A stretch of 64,000 nt of DNA from Diplonema japonicum (taxonomy: Eukaryota; Protista; Euglenozoa: Diplonemea). Location: assembly GCA_964019335.1 (NCBI GenBank), contig OZ025665.1, positions 186,001 to 250,000 on the forward strand. Direction: 5' to 3'. The translations under genes and the position numbers were made by a program. Every line of letters begins with the position of its first letter. Within the stretch, counting starts at the first letter, position 1. Positions 37,301 to 47,413 of this stretch are shown here, piece by piece. The notes under the pieces were generated by a model. It ran no database searches. It was not told where the DNA came from and worked only from the letters and a program-made list of their open reading frames with translations.

Positions 37301-40300
37301 GGCGGAGGCGGCAAGGTCAGATGTCTGCATGGGGTCTTTAAGAATAGCAGTCCTTAGCGTCTGCAGTGTCTTGATGTTGTCAGAAAGAAAGGGCGCTAAG
37401 TGCTGGCTAGCCATTGGCACATCTGCAAGAGCATTTTCAATCGCCTCCAATGCACCGTTAGCGTCCTTAGAACCTAGCAAGCCAGAAGCTTCCTTCAGAG
37501 AAGCTGCCGCTTTCGAGATGCCCGCTATGCCTTCTGCTGCGTTCCACGCAGAGGCACCCGCCGCGGCAGCATATTTAGCAACGTCTCTTCCCGTCTTGCC
37601 TTGCTGTAGTTCACGGCGAAGATTCTGCAACTCGTTAGTGCTCCTCTTCAAACCTTCTGCAAGAATGCTTTCTGCGGGAGTCATGTCGCCAAGAGACTGT
37701 GCCTCGTCAGCTAACACACTGACCTGGTGCATCAGGGAATTCAAATCGGTCTTCGCAGAGATGGTGATCCGGCCACTTAGCTCAGCACAGGCATCGGACA
37801 GGCTCTTCGTCGCTTCAATAGCTCCTTGGAGACCGCAGCCCGCTGCGTTGCTGACGATGCCGGCCGCTTCCAGCATTTCACGTGTTGCCGCTACCCTGTT
37901 CCCTCTGAGCAGCTGGTCCACACATCTTGCAACTGTAGTCGATGCTGTATCTAACTTCTGCTGCAAGATGTCTGCTTCGCATTTGTCTCGCAGCTCTTGC
38001 ATCAATACCGCCACCTTCCTAGCCGCTGCGACGGACTCTGCAGTTGTCTCACCCATTCCAATCTTTCTAGCCACATGGTGCGCGTCAAGGGACAGAAGCC
38101 GCACGTCTTCTACATTTCCAGCACCACGCTTTGCTTCTAGTGCTGCGCCTGGCATGTCTCCAGAAGCTAGCAATGACACAACCTTCCCAAGCTGTGGTGC
38201 GACCTCCTCGTGCCTCCTTGCTGAGATGGAAGCCTCATCAATCAGGCCGTGTGTGTCGCTGCCGTCGGACTTCACACATCTTGTGGCAATGCGCTCAGCT
38301 GCGATTTCTGAAGGCCCTACGCCCAACCCTGCAAGATGGCTGGCCTCATCGAGCATTGCCTTCAGTTCATCATCAGTAGGTGCGTCACCCTTCTGAAGCC
38401 TGTGCTGCAATACCGCGAAACCTTGCATAAGAGCGCCCAAACGGGGTGCTTTGGATGAGTCCTGCGACGCATTTGCTGCTGAAACAGCTGTTGCTGCTTG
38501 GAGTGCAGCTATGGCACCTGCTTCGTTTCCGGCCAATAACCTGCGGTGTGCTTCCTCAACCATTTCAGCTGTCTGCACTGATCCACCCAGACGGAGGTTT
38601 TGTGCAAACTTTTCGAGCTTCGCAGGAGTAACGCGTTCCCCTTTCTTCATCTGCATAACAATTTCAGCAAGCTGTGCAGCTGCGGCAGCATCAATAGGCT
38701 GGCTTTGGAAAGCGTTGTAGTTCTGTAAAGACTCTGCAAGGAGCTTCTTAACGGCATGGGGCAGCATAGGGTGCCTCTGCGCAGTCCGCACGGTGTCTGC
38801 CAAGTCTTGCCCGTCGGACTCGACTTGACGGAGTTTCAACAGCTTAGCTTCAACTGCAACCATCTCGTCCTCTGGGATCATAGACCGCAGCTCTTCTTTC
38901 AACTTGTCGATCTCGTCCTTCATGTCCTGAGACACGACGGCTTCTACTTGCAAGTTAGTTTGCAGCTCGATAACGCGCTGCTTGAGTTCTTCGTTTTCCT
39001 TCCGAGGAAGGTTCACAGCTAACGCGGCCTCCTTTAACTGCTCTTGCAGCATCGAGATCTCCAACTGTGCCTCCTCAAGCTCCTCTGTCTTTGACTTGTG
39101 CTCGATTGGGCTGGGAACGCCTGCCAGCTGTCTGGCATCCTGCACACACGACGCTAGAAACCCAGTAGGGTTAGGTACGCCATGTGACAGCTGCGTGTGT
39201 AGCCTTTCCGCGATCATGCGGGCGGCACATTGCTCAGCACCAGGTGCTCCTAATTGCATGGCAAGATCCTCGAGCACGGCTGCCACGGGCTGCACGGCGT
39301 CCCGTGCCGTCTGCGCATCGACTATCGTTTCAGGAAGTCCCTTAAGACGCTCTGCAAGTTCAGGCGGTGCAGAAGCTAGAAGGTCATGCAGCAGCGCAAC
39401 ACTGCAAGCAGAATCACCCACGTTGAGGATCTCGATGAGCTCGTTAAGAACCGATACCTGCTTCTCCAGTTCACTATGCTCCTGTATGGCCTTGAGGGCT
39501 GCTTGTCCTGCACGCTTCACAGCGGTCGATGCAGAAGTCTCGTTCCCTTGTTTCAGCTGGGTAGCGGCGTACTGCAACTCCTTCATCGCCCATTTCATGC
39601 CAGACGACAGAACGGAGTCAGGGGTTACAATTTGCCCAACAGCAGTGACCTCAGCAAGTAGTCCATCGACAAGAGGCGCACTAACCTCCGCAGATTCGCA
39701 CACCACAGCTACACGACGTGCAGTCTCGAGGGCTGCAGCAGCACCACAACCGGCTGCCGCCTCCGTTGTTGCAGAAGCACAGTTTGCCACCGAAATGGCT
39801 GCGGCGCGCTCTCCATTTGCAGCAAGATCAATAGCCCGCTGAAGATTTGCTGCAGAAGCAAGAAGGCACTCCTTGACAGGTACAGCCTCTACTCGTTCAG
39901 CAGCACCTTTAACAGCACCGGCTGCTTTTGCAAGTAAGCGCACTGCCTCAGTGCTGCCTTCGCCTTGAGCAAGTCTACGAACAGCCTCGAGAGTCTCCAC
40001 AGCAGCTAATCGCGACTCTTCAAGCCCTGTTGTTGCTCGAGCTACCTCCGCAGAGGCACCAGCAGCAGCGGCCTGCATGCTGGCACCTGCCGTATCGAAT
40101 GACGTCAGCAAGTCAGTCGCCCTACTGAGTGCACCGTTCACCTCGGGGTGTCTGGACCCTACTGCTGCCAGCTCTTTGATGAGCATCTTGCTGTCTGCAC
40201 TTGATGGGTTCTTCTCTGCTACTGACGAGCACCAGTTAACGATTCTGAGTGCAGCGCTTTCAGGGCCACCTGATCCCAGGCACCCCACACGGCATGCTTC

Positions 40301-43300
40301 GTCTCGCAACCCTCGCAATTCGTCTTCAGAAATGTGTTCACCCCGCTCCATTCTCTTGTGTAAATATTGCAAGGAGTTCAGTAACCTTGCCATCGGTTGC
40401 TCATCAGTGCCATGCGTTAGGAGCGCTTGGTTAACAGCTTCGCGCAGCTCAGCTGGTATGTCCTGCCTCCTGAGCATGCCCTTGAGGATCTCAGTGAGTT
40501 GCGCGATGCTCCCACCAGACTTCCCTAGTACAATGGCTGCGTCAAGTGCGTGCAGTTTGTCTTCAGGAAGCCTTACGCATTTCTGCTTTGCATCTTCCAG
40601 CATCTTGATCAACCCTTTGCTTTCAGACAACACTACATCGCGCGGCTTCTTTCCCTTGACCCAGTTGGCCGCTGCTCTCAATGCGCCCTTTAGCTTTGGG
40701 TGCTCCGCTGCAAGTGACTCTGCTCTGTTCACGAGAGCCAGTACCTCGACTTCGTCGTCGCTGCCCACCGTTTCAAGGTTCGCCGACAAAGTTTCCAAAG
40801 CACGGAGGGGGTTCACCACACTCTTAATGTCACACGCAATGGAGTGAAGTGCACCAGGCTGCAGACCGTTCTTCACAGCTTCCGCAAGTTTCCCAGCGCA
40901 TATCTTCAACCCTTCACTCGCCTCAGGGTGTCGCACAGCAGCTTCAGCAATGGCGGAGGCAACAGCATGGAGCTCCTTTGGAGTGACCTCCTCGCCAGCC
41001 GCCCTACGTGCCGCAAGGGATTCCAACACCCCGGAGAGCTCCTCAGCTGCTGATTTCGCGTCCCGAACAGGCAAGCCAGCTGCCTTCGCCGCCTCGTCCC
41101 TCAAGCGCCCGATCTCAGCCGCACTTACGGCCTCTCCTCGTGCCGCCCGTGCCGCTGCAGCGATCAATTCAGTAGCAACAGAACAACCACCCTCGCCAGC
41201 CGCCTGTGCACGCTCTGCAAGTTGCCCAAGCTCATCAGCACCAGGTGCCTCCCTTGCCGCAACGCGAGATTCGATTCCCCATAAAGAGTTTGCAATGGCA
41301 CGCATTCCGGCTGCAGAAGCCGCAGCTGCCTCGCACGACTGTCGTAGATCTGCAATTTGTGCTTTTGGTGAACTAGTTGTCAGGTTGTCAATGCCCTTCT
41401 TGATGCCGATCATTGCTTTTCCCACAAGACCAGGCTGTGTCGCAAGCTGCGACGCTACAACTGCTGCTTGCTGGATGCCAGCAGCAGATGGTGTTTCCTC
41501 AAGAAGCTCCAAATGACGCGCAAGAGCAAGCGCACCACTTTCAGCGCTGGACAGCTTGTTACATTCGTTGAGGAAAGGCAGCTGCTGAGTTGAAAGTAAT
41601 GCCTTCTCGCAAAGTGCTGCCATTTGTTCGGGCTTGATGTTGTTTTGTGCTAGGCCGTTAATGAGGCCTGAGAGCTGGCTGGCAATGACACGTGCTGCCA
41701 TCTCATCTGGGGCCAGCTGCGAACCCGCAAGGTTGATGAGGCTGTCGAGGCATTCAGATACCTCAGGTTCTGTGACGCCACAGAACAAGGCCTTACTTGA
41801 CAAATCATTCAGCTTCTTGGAACAGTCGTTGAGCGCAGTGCCCAGCTCACCAGGGATATCTGTGGTCACCGTCTCTGCTGCTCGGAGCAACAAGGTGGCT
41901 GTCTGCTGTGGGTCGGTTGTCTGAGACAACGCTTCTTTTACAACCTCGGCAGCACGTGAAGCAGCCAGCTGGCCTTCCGCACCGGACCGTGCCGACGCGC
42001 CTGCCCCGCCGAAGATCACAACTGCCTCGCCAGCATCGCCAGCAGCAAGAGCCTCAATTGCGCTCTTGAGCCTTTTAGAACAGTCCAAGAGACCTATCGC
42101 TGTGGCGCTTCCCGAGTGCACCGCGTTCAGTGCTGTTGACTCACTCTCGTGTGCAAGTTTTTCGGCGGCAGATATAAGACTCGCACTTTCCTCACCGCCG
42201 CCAGCCCTGCTGAGCAGTGAAGCACAGGAAGTTGCAATCAGTAGTGCCGTTTCGGCAACTGCCTTGGGCCCACACCCCGATGCTTGCTCAACAGCTTCCG
42301 CAGCATAGTTCGTTTCGTTGGTGCACCCAGCTACGTCATTTTCGTCAACAAGTGAAAGCACTCTGTCCAGCGCCGCTGCCGCTGTGCTCAATAAGTTCCT
42401 CGTACCAGGTGCCTCTGATCGGTTCCTTGCTGCCCTGATAGCTCCCGCGGCTTTCGCCGACTCAGCCATTGTTTCAGGGCTATAGTTTTCCAGTCCAATC
42501 TTCCTTGCCGTTTCGTACGTTTCCAAGGCAGTGATTCGGTTGCTCGCCATGTTTGTGGATATGCACTGAGCCTCGCCGACAGCTGAAAGGACATCTGCGC
42601 TATTCTTCGAGCGTGAGGCTGCTTGCAAGAGCGACGCGACACGTGTCAGGGCAGCTGCCATCTCGGGGTACCGTTTCCCTGCAGCAATTGCATCGTTGGC
42701 CGTGTTCTGTATAGCTGCGGAGTCGGCTCCATCAGCAAGCTTGCGGCACTGCAGAGCCAAGTCTTCAGCCGCGGTTTCAGCAGCACTGGCACCCAGCTTT
42801 CCAATCGTGCATGCCATGTTCCTCAAGCTTTTAACGTCTTCCACAGACACAGTGTCGCCGGCAGCGGCCTGGCGTTGCAGCTTCGATACTGCAGAAACCA
42901 GAGTGGAGTATGTATTCGTAGCCTTTACAACTGGGACGCTAACATCAGGACTGAAAGCGATCTGAGACACTTCCTCTTCGATGCTGCCGTCGAGACCCTC
43001 GCTTAAAAACGCTATGCAGTGGTGGCCGTCATTCATATCCATGCACGTAGGAAGGCTCATTTCTTGCGCAACGCCTTCCTTGACCACCACACTGCCGATA
43101 CCGATCGTGTTGCCCTTAGGGGGGGCCTGCATGATTTCAATCATCTCGCTGGACGTTCGCGGGGCGTGTTCACTGCGTCCCTTCGTGACACAATAATGTA
43201 GTCGTCCGGTGCCCTGGCAGTCAATGGCGACGCGCAGGTCACGGCTTTTAGCGCTTTGAACTTTCATTCGCATATGAGGGGGGTCCCTCTCGGACTCGGG

Positions 43301-45685
43301 TGCCATAGACTTATCGCGAGGGGGCGACATAGACATCGAGAAAAGTGACCTTGGAGGCTCAGTTGCCACCCCTGTCTCAGTGGTGGCATGCTGTTCAGAG
43401 CCCACGCAAGCGTCTTTGGAAGGTGCTCTGGGGATGCTGTGACTTGGGCTTCGGCCCTGGCTCTGCGCTCCTGGAAGGCTGAGATGCCTTGGCATGCTAG
43501 GGCTGTGTGGCTGAGGTGGACGGGGGAGTGAAGACGATGCGTAGACTGTGTCAGGTGATGCTGTAGAGGCAAGGGTCACAGTCTTGAGCGGTGATGGGAT
43601 GTTGGCAGGCGGCGAGGCAGCGCGGTTGGGCACCTGTGTGGGCTCGTCTACGTCGAACTCGTCGGCAACATTAGAATCAGTGTCAAGGTCGTGGGGGAAG
43701 GATGGGATGTGAATGTCGGGTACTTTCTCTTCGAACTGCGCAAACGAGTGGTTGTCCAAATCAGAAAGAAGCTTCGACTGCAGCCCCTTAAGCTCTTGTT
43801 GGTATCTAGAAGCACGTTCCAGATGCTGTCTTGCCTGTTGTTTCTCTTCCTCAACCTTGGCACGATCGGCCCCTCTGTAAGAGCGCGACTCTAGCTCTTG
43901 AAGCTTCTCGAGCATCATCCTTGACGTACGCTGCGCCTCAGCAAGAGCCCTCTCCACACCCTGCTCCTGCTGTTCGGTGTTGTCAATGACGGCGTTGAAC
44001 CTGTTCACCATCCCCTGCTGTACGTTGCGCTTCTCGAACTGCTGGTCCTCTAACTGCTTCATCTTACTTGTCCTCTGCTGGTACGTAGCTAGCTCTTCTA
44101 ACTCGTCGTTCAAAAGTGCCCTTAGCTGGTCTCGCTGCCACTCAGTCAGGGAGGGGTCCTCTAGAGCCCTTCTTAGCACACCCACCCTCTGCTCTACGCT
44201 GGGCTCAGGTGTTGCAAAGGTGATAAGGCTGCACACATCCTTTGCTACTTCCGCGAAGCGAAGTGTATGCTTGGTTTCCTTGAAGCAAGAAACGTGTGGG
44301 CTGACAGTTGCAATGAGCACCGTTTTGCAGTTGCCACCAAGTGAGTTGATGAGGACTTTTGTTAGTGTGGAATCACGGAAAGGGATGGTGAGATCGGAGG
44401 GCTGAGCAAGGCGCTCAAAGACCATCCTGAGAATGGAGAGAGACTTGTTGATCGAGACAGACTCGTCACGCGAGATGCCGTTGGTTCCCTTGCGGAGGTC
44501 CTCGCTGCCTGCGAGGTCTACGAGGGTAAGTGTGGAGCGGGAGAAACGCGTTTCCTCCTGCTGATCTTCGGGTAATAGAGCATGTTCGTGCCGGCCCAGG
44601 GGGAAAGGCGCCTTTCCGAAGACAGTTGTGAGCTGCAACAGGACTATGCAGTGAGACTTGCTAGAGGCATCAACAGAGGGGTCGGTGACGCGAATGGTGC
44701 GGCGTCTGGTGCCCTCGTGGATGGCAGCATGGAAAGCGCTGGTAGTGGTCACTGCACGCCATTGAAGCCCTGCGATGTTGGCTTGCCGCTGCTCACCGAA
44801 AGGCGACTGCATTGTTTGGATGGCGACTTGCATGAGGCGCGGCTCAGAGCCTGGCTTGAGAAGATCGTAAACATCGTTCATGTAGACCTCTAGCATAGCC
44901 ACCTCGAGGAACATCTTGCGGTGCCGATTGCTGGAATTCTGCTGCTCAACCTTTGTGATGAGTGCATCGGCGAGTCTGGGGACGAGCCCGATCTTGCTGT
45001 CATCGAAAGTCTTTTTGCGTTCGGGGCCGAACATGGTGTAGGTCTTCCCACTACGCATCTGCCCGTAGGCGATTGCAGTGTAGTTGTACCCGTCGATGAC
45101 CATGTCGGGGGCGTCAGCGACGCTGTTGTAGATGTCCTGCTGCGAGGCGTACTTGGCACCTGTTCGTGAACGTTCGGACGCACTCCAGAACGATTTATCG
45201 ACGCAGTACGACCGGTAGCTGGAGGCGAGGGAAGAGGCGGACTGAGAGGCGGGGTTGCAAATTGTCACTGCACCATCATTCTCCTCTGAGTACATCTTGA
45301 TCGTGGGGGGCATAGGCGGCTGCCGTGCCTCGTATGGCAGCAACGGTCTAGCCCGCACCCATACCTGCACACCAACCTTGTTCATGTGCATCAATGGTGT
45401 CAGTGCACCCTGCGCTGCCATCATCCCGAACTGAGCCCCAGCTGACCGTGCTTTTTTCTTGCTCTTCGGACTCGGCCACATCATCCCTGACGTCGATTCC
45501 ATACTCTCCAAGTCAAGTCTCTTTACAACTTCTTCCGGTGCTCCTCTTAGCACAGCTGCTCCCTTCACACCCCATCCCGCTCCATCACTGCCTAACTGCC
45601 TCACCTTACCTGCATTCCCTACAGACTTCTGATAAGGCATATCCTCCCCTGGCAGCACTGGGTACCTTCCCTTCCGTGCGGCCAT
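13361..45685 (-). CDS. Giant ~10,706-aa multidomain kinesin; exons 45685-18218, 18184-18098, 18061-15203, 15163-14897, 14862-14512, 14449-13361
   Basis: The 9164-aa ORF ends just after a CTG|GTATGC donor. Five GT-AG introns (33, 36, 39, 34, 62 nt) join it in frame through a 29-aa micro-exon to the 935-, 98-, 142- and 345-aa ORFs. Exon lengths are 9156+29+953+89+117+362 aa. Confidence 0.8.
13390..14120 (-). other. C2-like domain (~13740-14120) and C-terminal DysF/Pex24-type domain (~13390-13700)
   Basis: KPYLTIY...QYLLFSVR...YASGVLPV...GRLTGVVRL, then EECWECEK...WAD...LPTGWVWEAEW...TDHEGWVYASEF...RKRRWVRTR (diagnostic DysF pattern). Confidence 0.8.
14450..14511 (-). other. 62-nt phase-0 intron (giant kinesin)
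   Basis: AAT|GTATGG...GCACAG|GGC. AT-rich, and joins two out-of-frame ORFs. Confidence 0.85.
14863..14896 (-). other. 34-nt phase-0 intron (giant kinesin)
   Basis: AAG|GTATTC...CATTAG|GTG joins two out-of-frame ORFs. Confidence 0.85.
15164..15202 (-). other. 39-nt phase-0 intron (giant kinesin)
   Basis: TTG|GTATGA...CACTAACATCAG|ACA, with a branch-point-like ACTAAC. Confidence 0.85.
15950..15998 (-). repeat. (GAA/GAG)n microsatellite encoding a ~16-residue poly-Glu linker
   Basis: (TTC)n on the + strand, between the FN3 array and the PH domain. Confidence 0.9.
18062..18097 (-). other. 36-nt phase-0 intron (giant kinesin)
   Basis: GAG|GTATGCTGA...AATCAG|GGA. Removal restores the FN3 motif DGLHE|GKRYTV. 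Confidence 0.85.
18185..18217 (-). other. 33-nt phase-0 intron (giant kinesin)
   Basis: CTG|GTATGC...ACACAG|CTG. Contains the TGA that ends the 9164-aa ORF. Confidence 0.8.
21290..25800 (-). other. ~1500-aa Glu/Lys-rich coiled coil, including 49-aa tandem repeats at ~22060-22680
   Basis: Heptad-rich, Pro-poor sequence. The unit AEKQLE.A...HK.EL..K..TLE.A..KE..LQEE...LEK.K..L repeats about 4 times. Confidence 0.85.
25900..42900 (-). repeat. Six diverged copies of a very large Ala/Leu-rich helical repeat in the giant protein
   Basis: The motif L...L..LQ.R...G..V...E...L...A...AGLG.G..E.AA recurs at about 42900, 40380, 38430, 35270, 32050 and 28000. Confidence 0.8.
33261..33808. repeat. ~548-bp intragenic repeat, apparently identical to 36420-36967; its first ~243 bp recur at 40920-41162 with one mismatch seen against 36420-36662
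   Basis: Direct comparison by eye. Offsets are 3159 and 4500 nt, both multiples of 3. Shadow-frame ORF translations are also identical. Confidence 0.9.
44230..45375 (-). other. Kinesin motor domain (kinesin-3-like)
   Basis: VQVWVRARP, DKSFWS...YASQQDIY (kinesin-3-type loop), AYGQMRSGKTYTM, LEVYMNDVYDLL, SSKSH, LVDLAGSE, INKSL, IPFRDSTLT, SLGGNCKT, ET.HTLRFA. Confidence 0.92.
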
Positions 45686-46049
45686 AAGCTCGGTCTTAAT
45701 CTATTTTCCCAGCTTTCGGATTTCCAATAAACTATTTATTCCTTGTCTTTTTTTTTTCCAGTTTTTTTTCTAATACACAGCTTTTATATTCTTGTATAAT
45801 CTAATAATAGTGAAGTTCCTTTTCTTCTTCTTCTTCTTCTTCCTACGATGAAGGGGATGAGAAGGACCGGGGGGTTCTTATCTTCTCAATGGCCCTCCAC
45901 ACCCCTTCCTAACACGCACACCCTCCCTCTCCCCCCTGTGGTGTTTTGTTGGATGAAGCCTTAAAATAAAACGTCAGGAAAAGACAAAAAAAAAACAAAA
46001 AGGAAGCTAGTGAGGATGCAGAAGCCTTTTTTTTCCCCCAATTAAAATG

Positions 46050-47243
46050 TCAAAAAGAACGCTGGCGAGTCTTACTACTGGGGAAATGCGTATAGCAAGC
46101 GGTACGGGTGAGGACACCTCGGATGATGTGGCAGGGTGTGAGGCCGCACGATGTGAGGCTCAAGAAGAGCTTTTCCACGCGTTTTGGGAGGTCGAGATGC
46201 TCGTAGATAGTGAACATGAGGGCCCAGGTGGGCTTGTGTTTAGGGTTGGACTTAAGGGAAAAAGCGAAGACAGACTCTGCAGCTGTGAGGATAGAACCAT
46301 GCGACGCAACATGCTGCCGACGAAACACAGCACGAAGGGCAGCAAGATGTGTGGCTGGAACCCATTTGTAACCCTTTTTCTCCATGACGCTGTGGTAGTC
46401 CTTCATGAAGGCCTCCAGCCCATCATCATCGTTAGCGTGTCCCGCATCACAGACAGTGATGAACGCGTTCCAATGGGTGACCGTGTGGAGACCGTTGTAG
46501 TTTCGAACCGCGTCGCGTGCCGGAGCAAGGTCTTTCCAATTCCTGCAGTGGACAAGATACTCGGTCAGAGTAACAGCATCCCAAGGAATGTTTCGCTCGT
46601 CCATCTCATGCAGGACGGCCTCTGCAGCCTCTCTTCCGAAGGATACCTTCAAACTGGTATTGAAAAAATGCCGTAGATACAGTGTGTCTGGATTCTTCCT
46701 CGCTTCAACGAGTTTTCTGTACTCGGAAAGGACGTGTTCTGCTTCTTGGTGTAGGCCACAGAGCATACATGCTTTGATCATGGACACTAGCAGGCTGTGG
46801 TGGGTGAGCTGTTCTGGGTTCTTTTGTTTGATCTCTGCCCAGATAACCCGAAGTTTTATTGTGTCCTTTTCAAGCCCGGCAACACGTATGAGAACCGAGT
46901 AAACATTCGACGTTAGGTTGTCCTTGTCCAAATACTTCGCGATGAAGTACTCTATCAGCTGCAGTTTTCTGCTCATGCCCAGTATTTTCATCACAACCTC
47001 CTCGCAATCCCTGTCCCGCAGCCCTTTCTTGTACAATTCTTCATACTCCTTCAGAACGGCATAGCCTTCTGTCCCTCCGGCCCACCCGCTGGAAGGCATG
47101 TGTTTCCTTTGTAATTCCTTTGCTATCTTCTTCCCATTAAGTTTCATCGACTCGAATTTTGTGCCTCTATCGTCCACCACGCTCCACCACACAGGAAGCC
47201 GCCGGGTAATAGGGGACCTTGTCATCCACTCGAGCTTCGTCAT
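46050..47243 (-). CDS. Pentatricopeptide-repeat (PPR)-like protein, 397 aa
   Basis: ~35-aa helical motifs VYSVLIRVAG, LLVSMIKACMLCGLHQEAEHVL, EAAEAVLHEMDERNIPWDAVT, HWNAFITVC and RVEKLFLSLTSCGLTP. Confidence 0.7.
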   Translation of the reverse strand: MTKLEWMTRSPITRRLPVWWSVVDDRGTKFESMKLNGKKIAKELQRKHMPSSGWAGGTEGYAVLKEYEELYKKGLRDRDCEEVVMKILGMSRKLQLIEYFIAKYLDKDNLTSNVYSVLIRVAGLEKDTIKLRVIWAEIKQKNPEQLTHHSLLVSMIKACMLCGLHQEAEHVLSEYRKLVEARKNPDTLYLRHFFNTSLKVSFGREAAEAVLHEMDERNIPWDAVTLTEYLVHCRNWKDLAPARDAVRNYNGLHTVTHWNAFITVCDAGHANDDDGLEAFMKDYHSVMEKKGYKWVPATHLAALRAVFRRQHVASHGSILTAAESVFAFSLKSNPKHKPTWALMFTIYEHLDLPKRVEKLFLSLTSCGLTPCHIIRGVLTRTACYTHFPSSKTRQRSF

Positions 47244-47413
47244 TCTTTTTTTTTTTTTTTGTTTGTTTTTTTTTCTTCTCTAGAGGTTTCTTTTTTTTTT
47301 TCCTCAGTAAAAAAAAGGAAGGTGAGGCACTGATGACAAACGGAGGGAACAGGGAAACACTTTTTTTTTTCTAAAAAAAAATTACATTCCCTCCACACAT
47401 ACACCTTTCCCGC

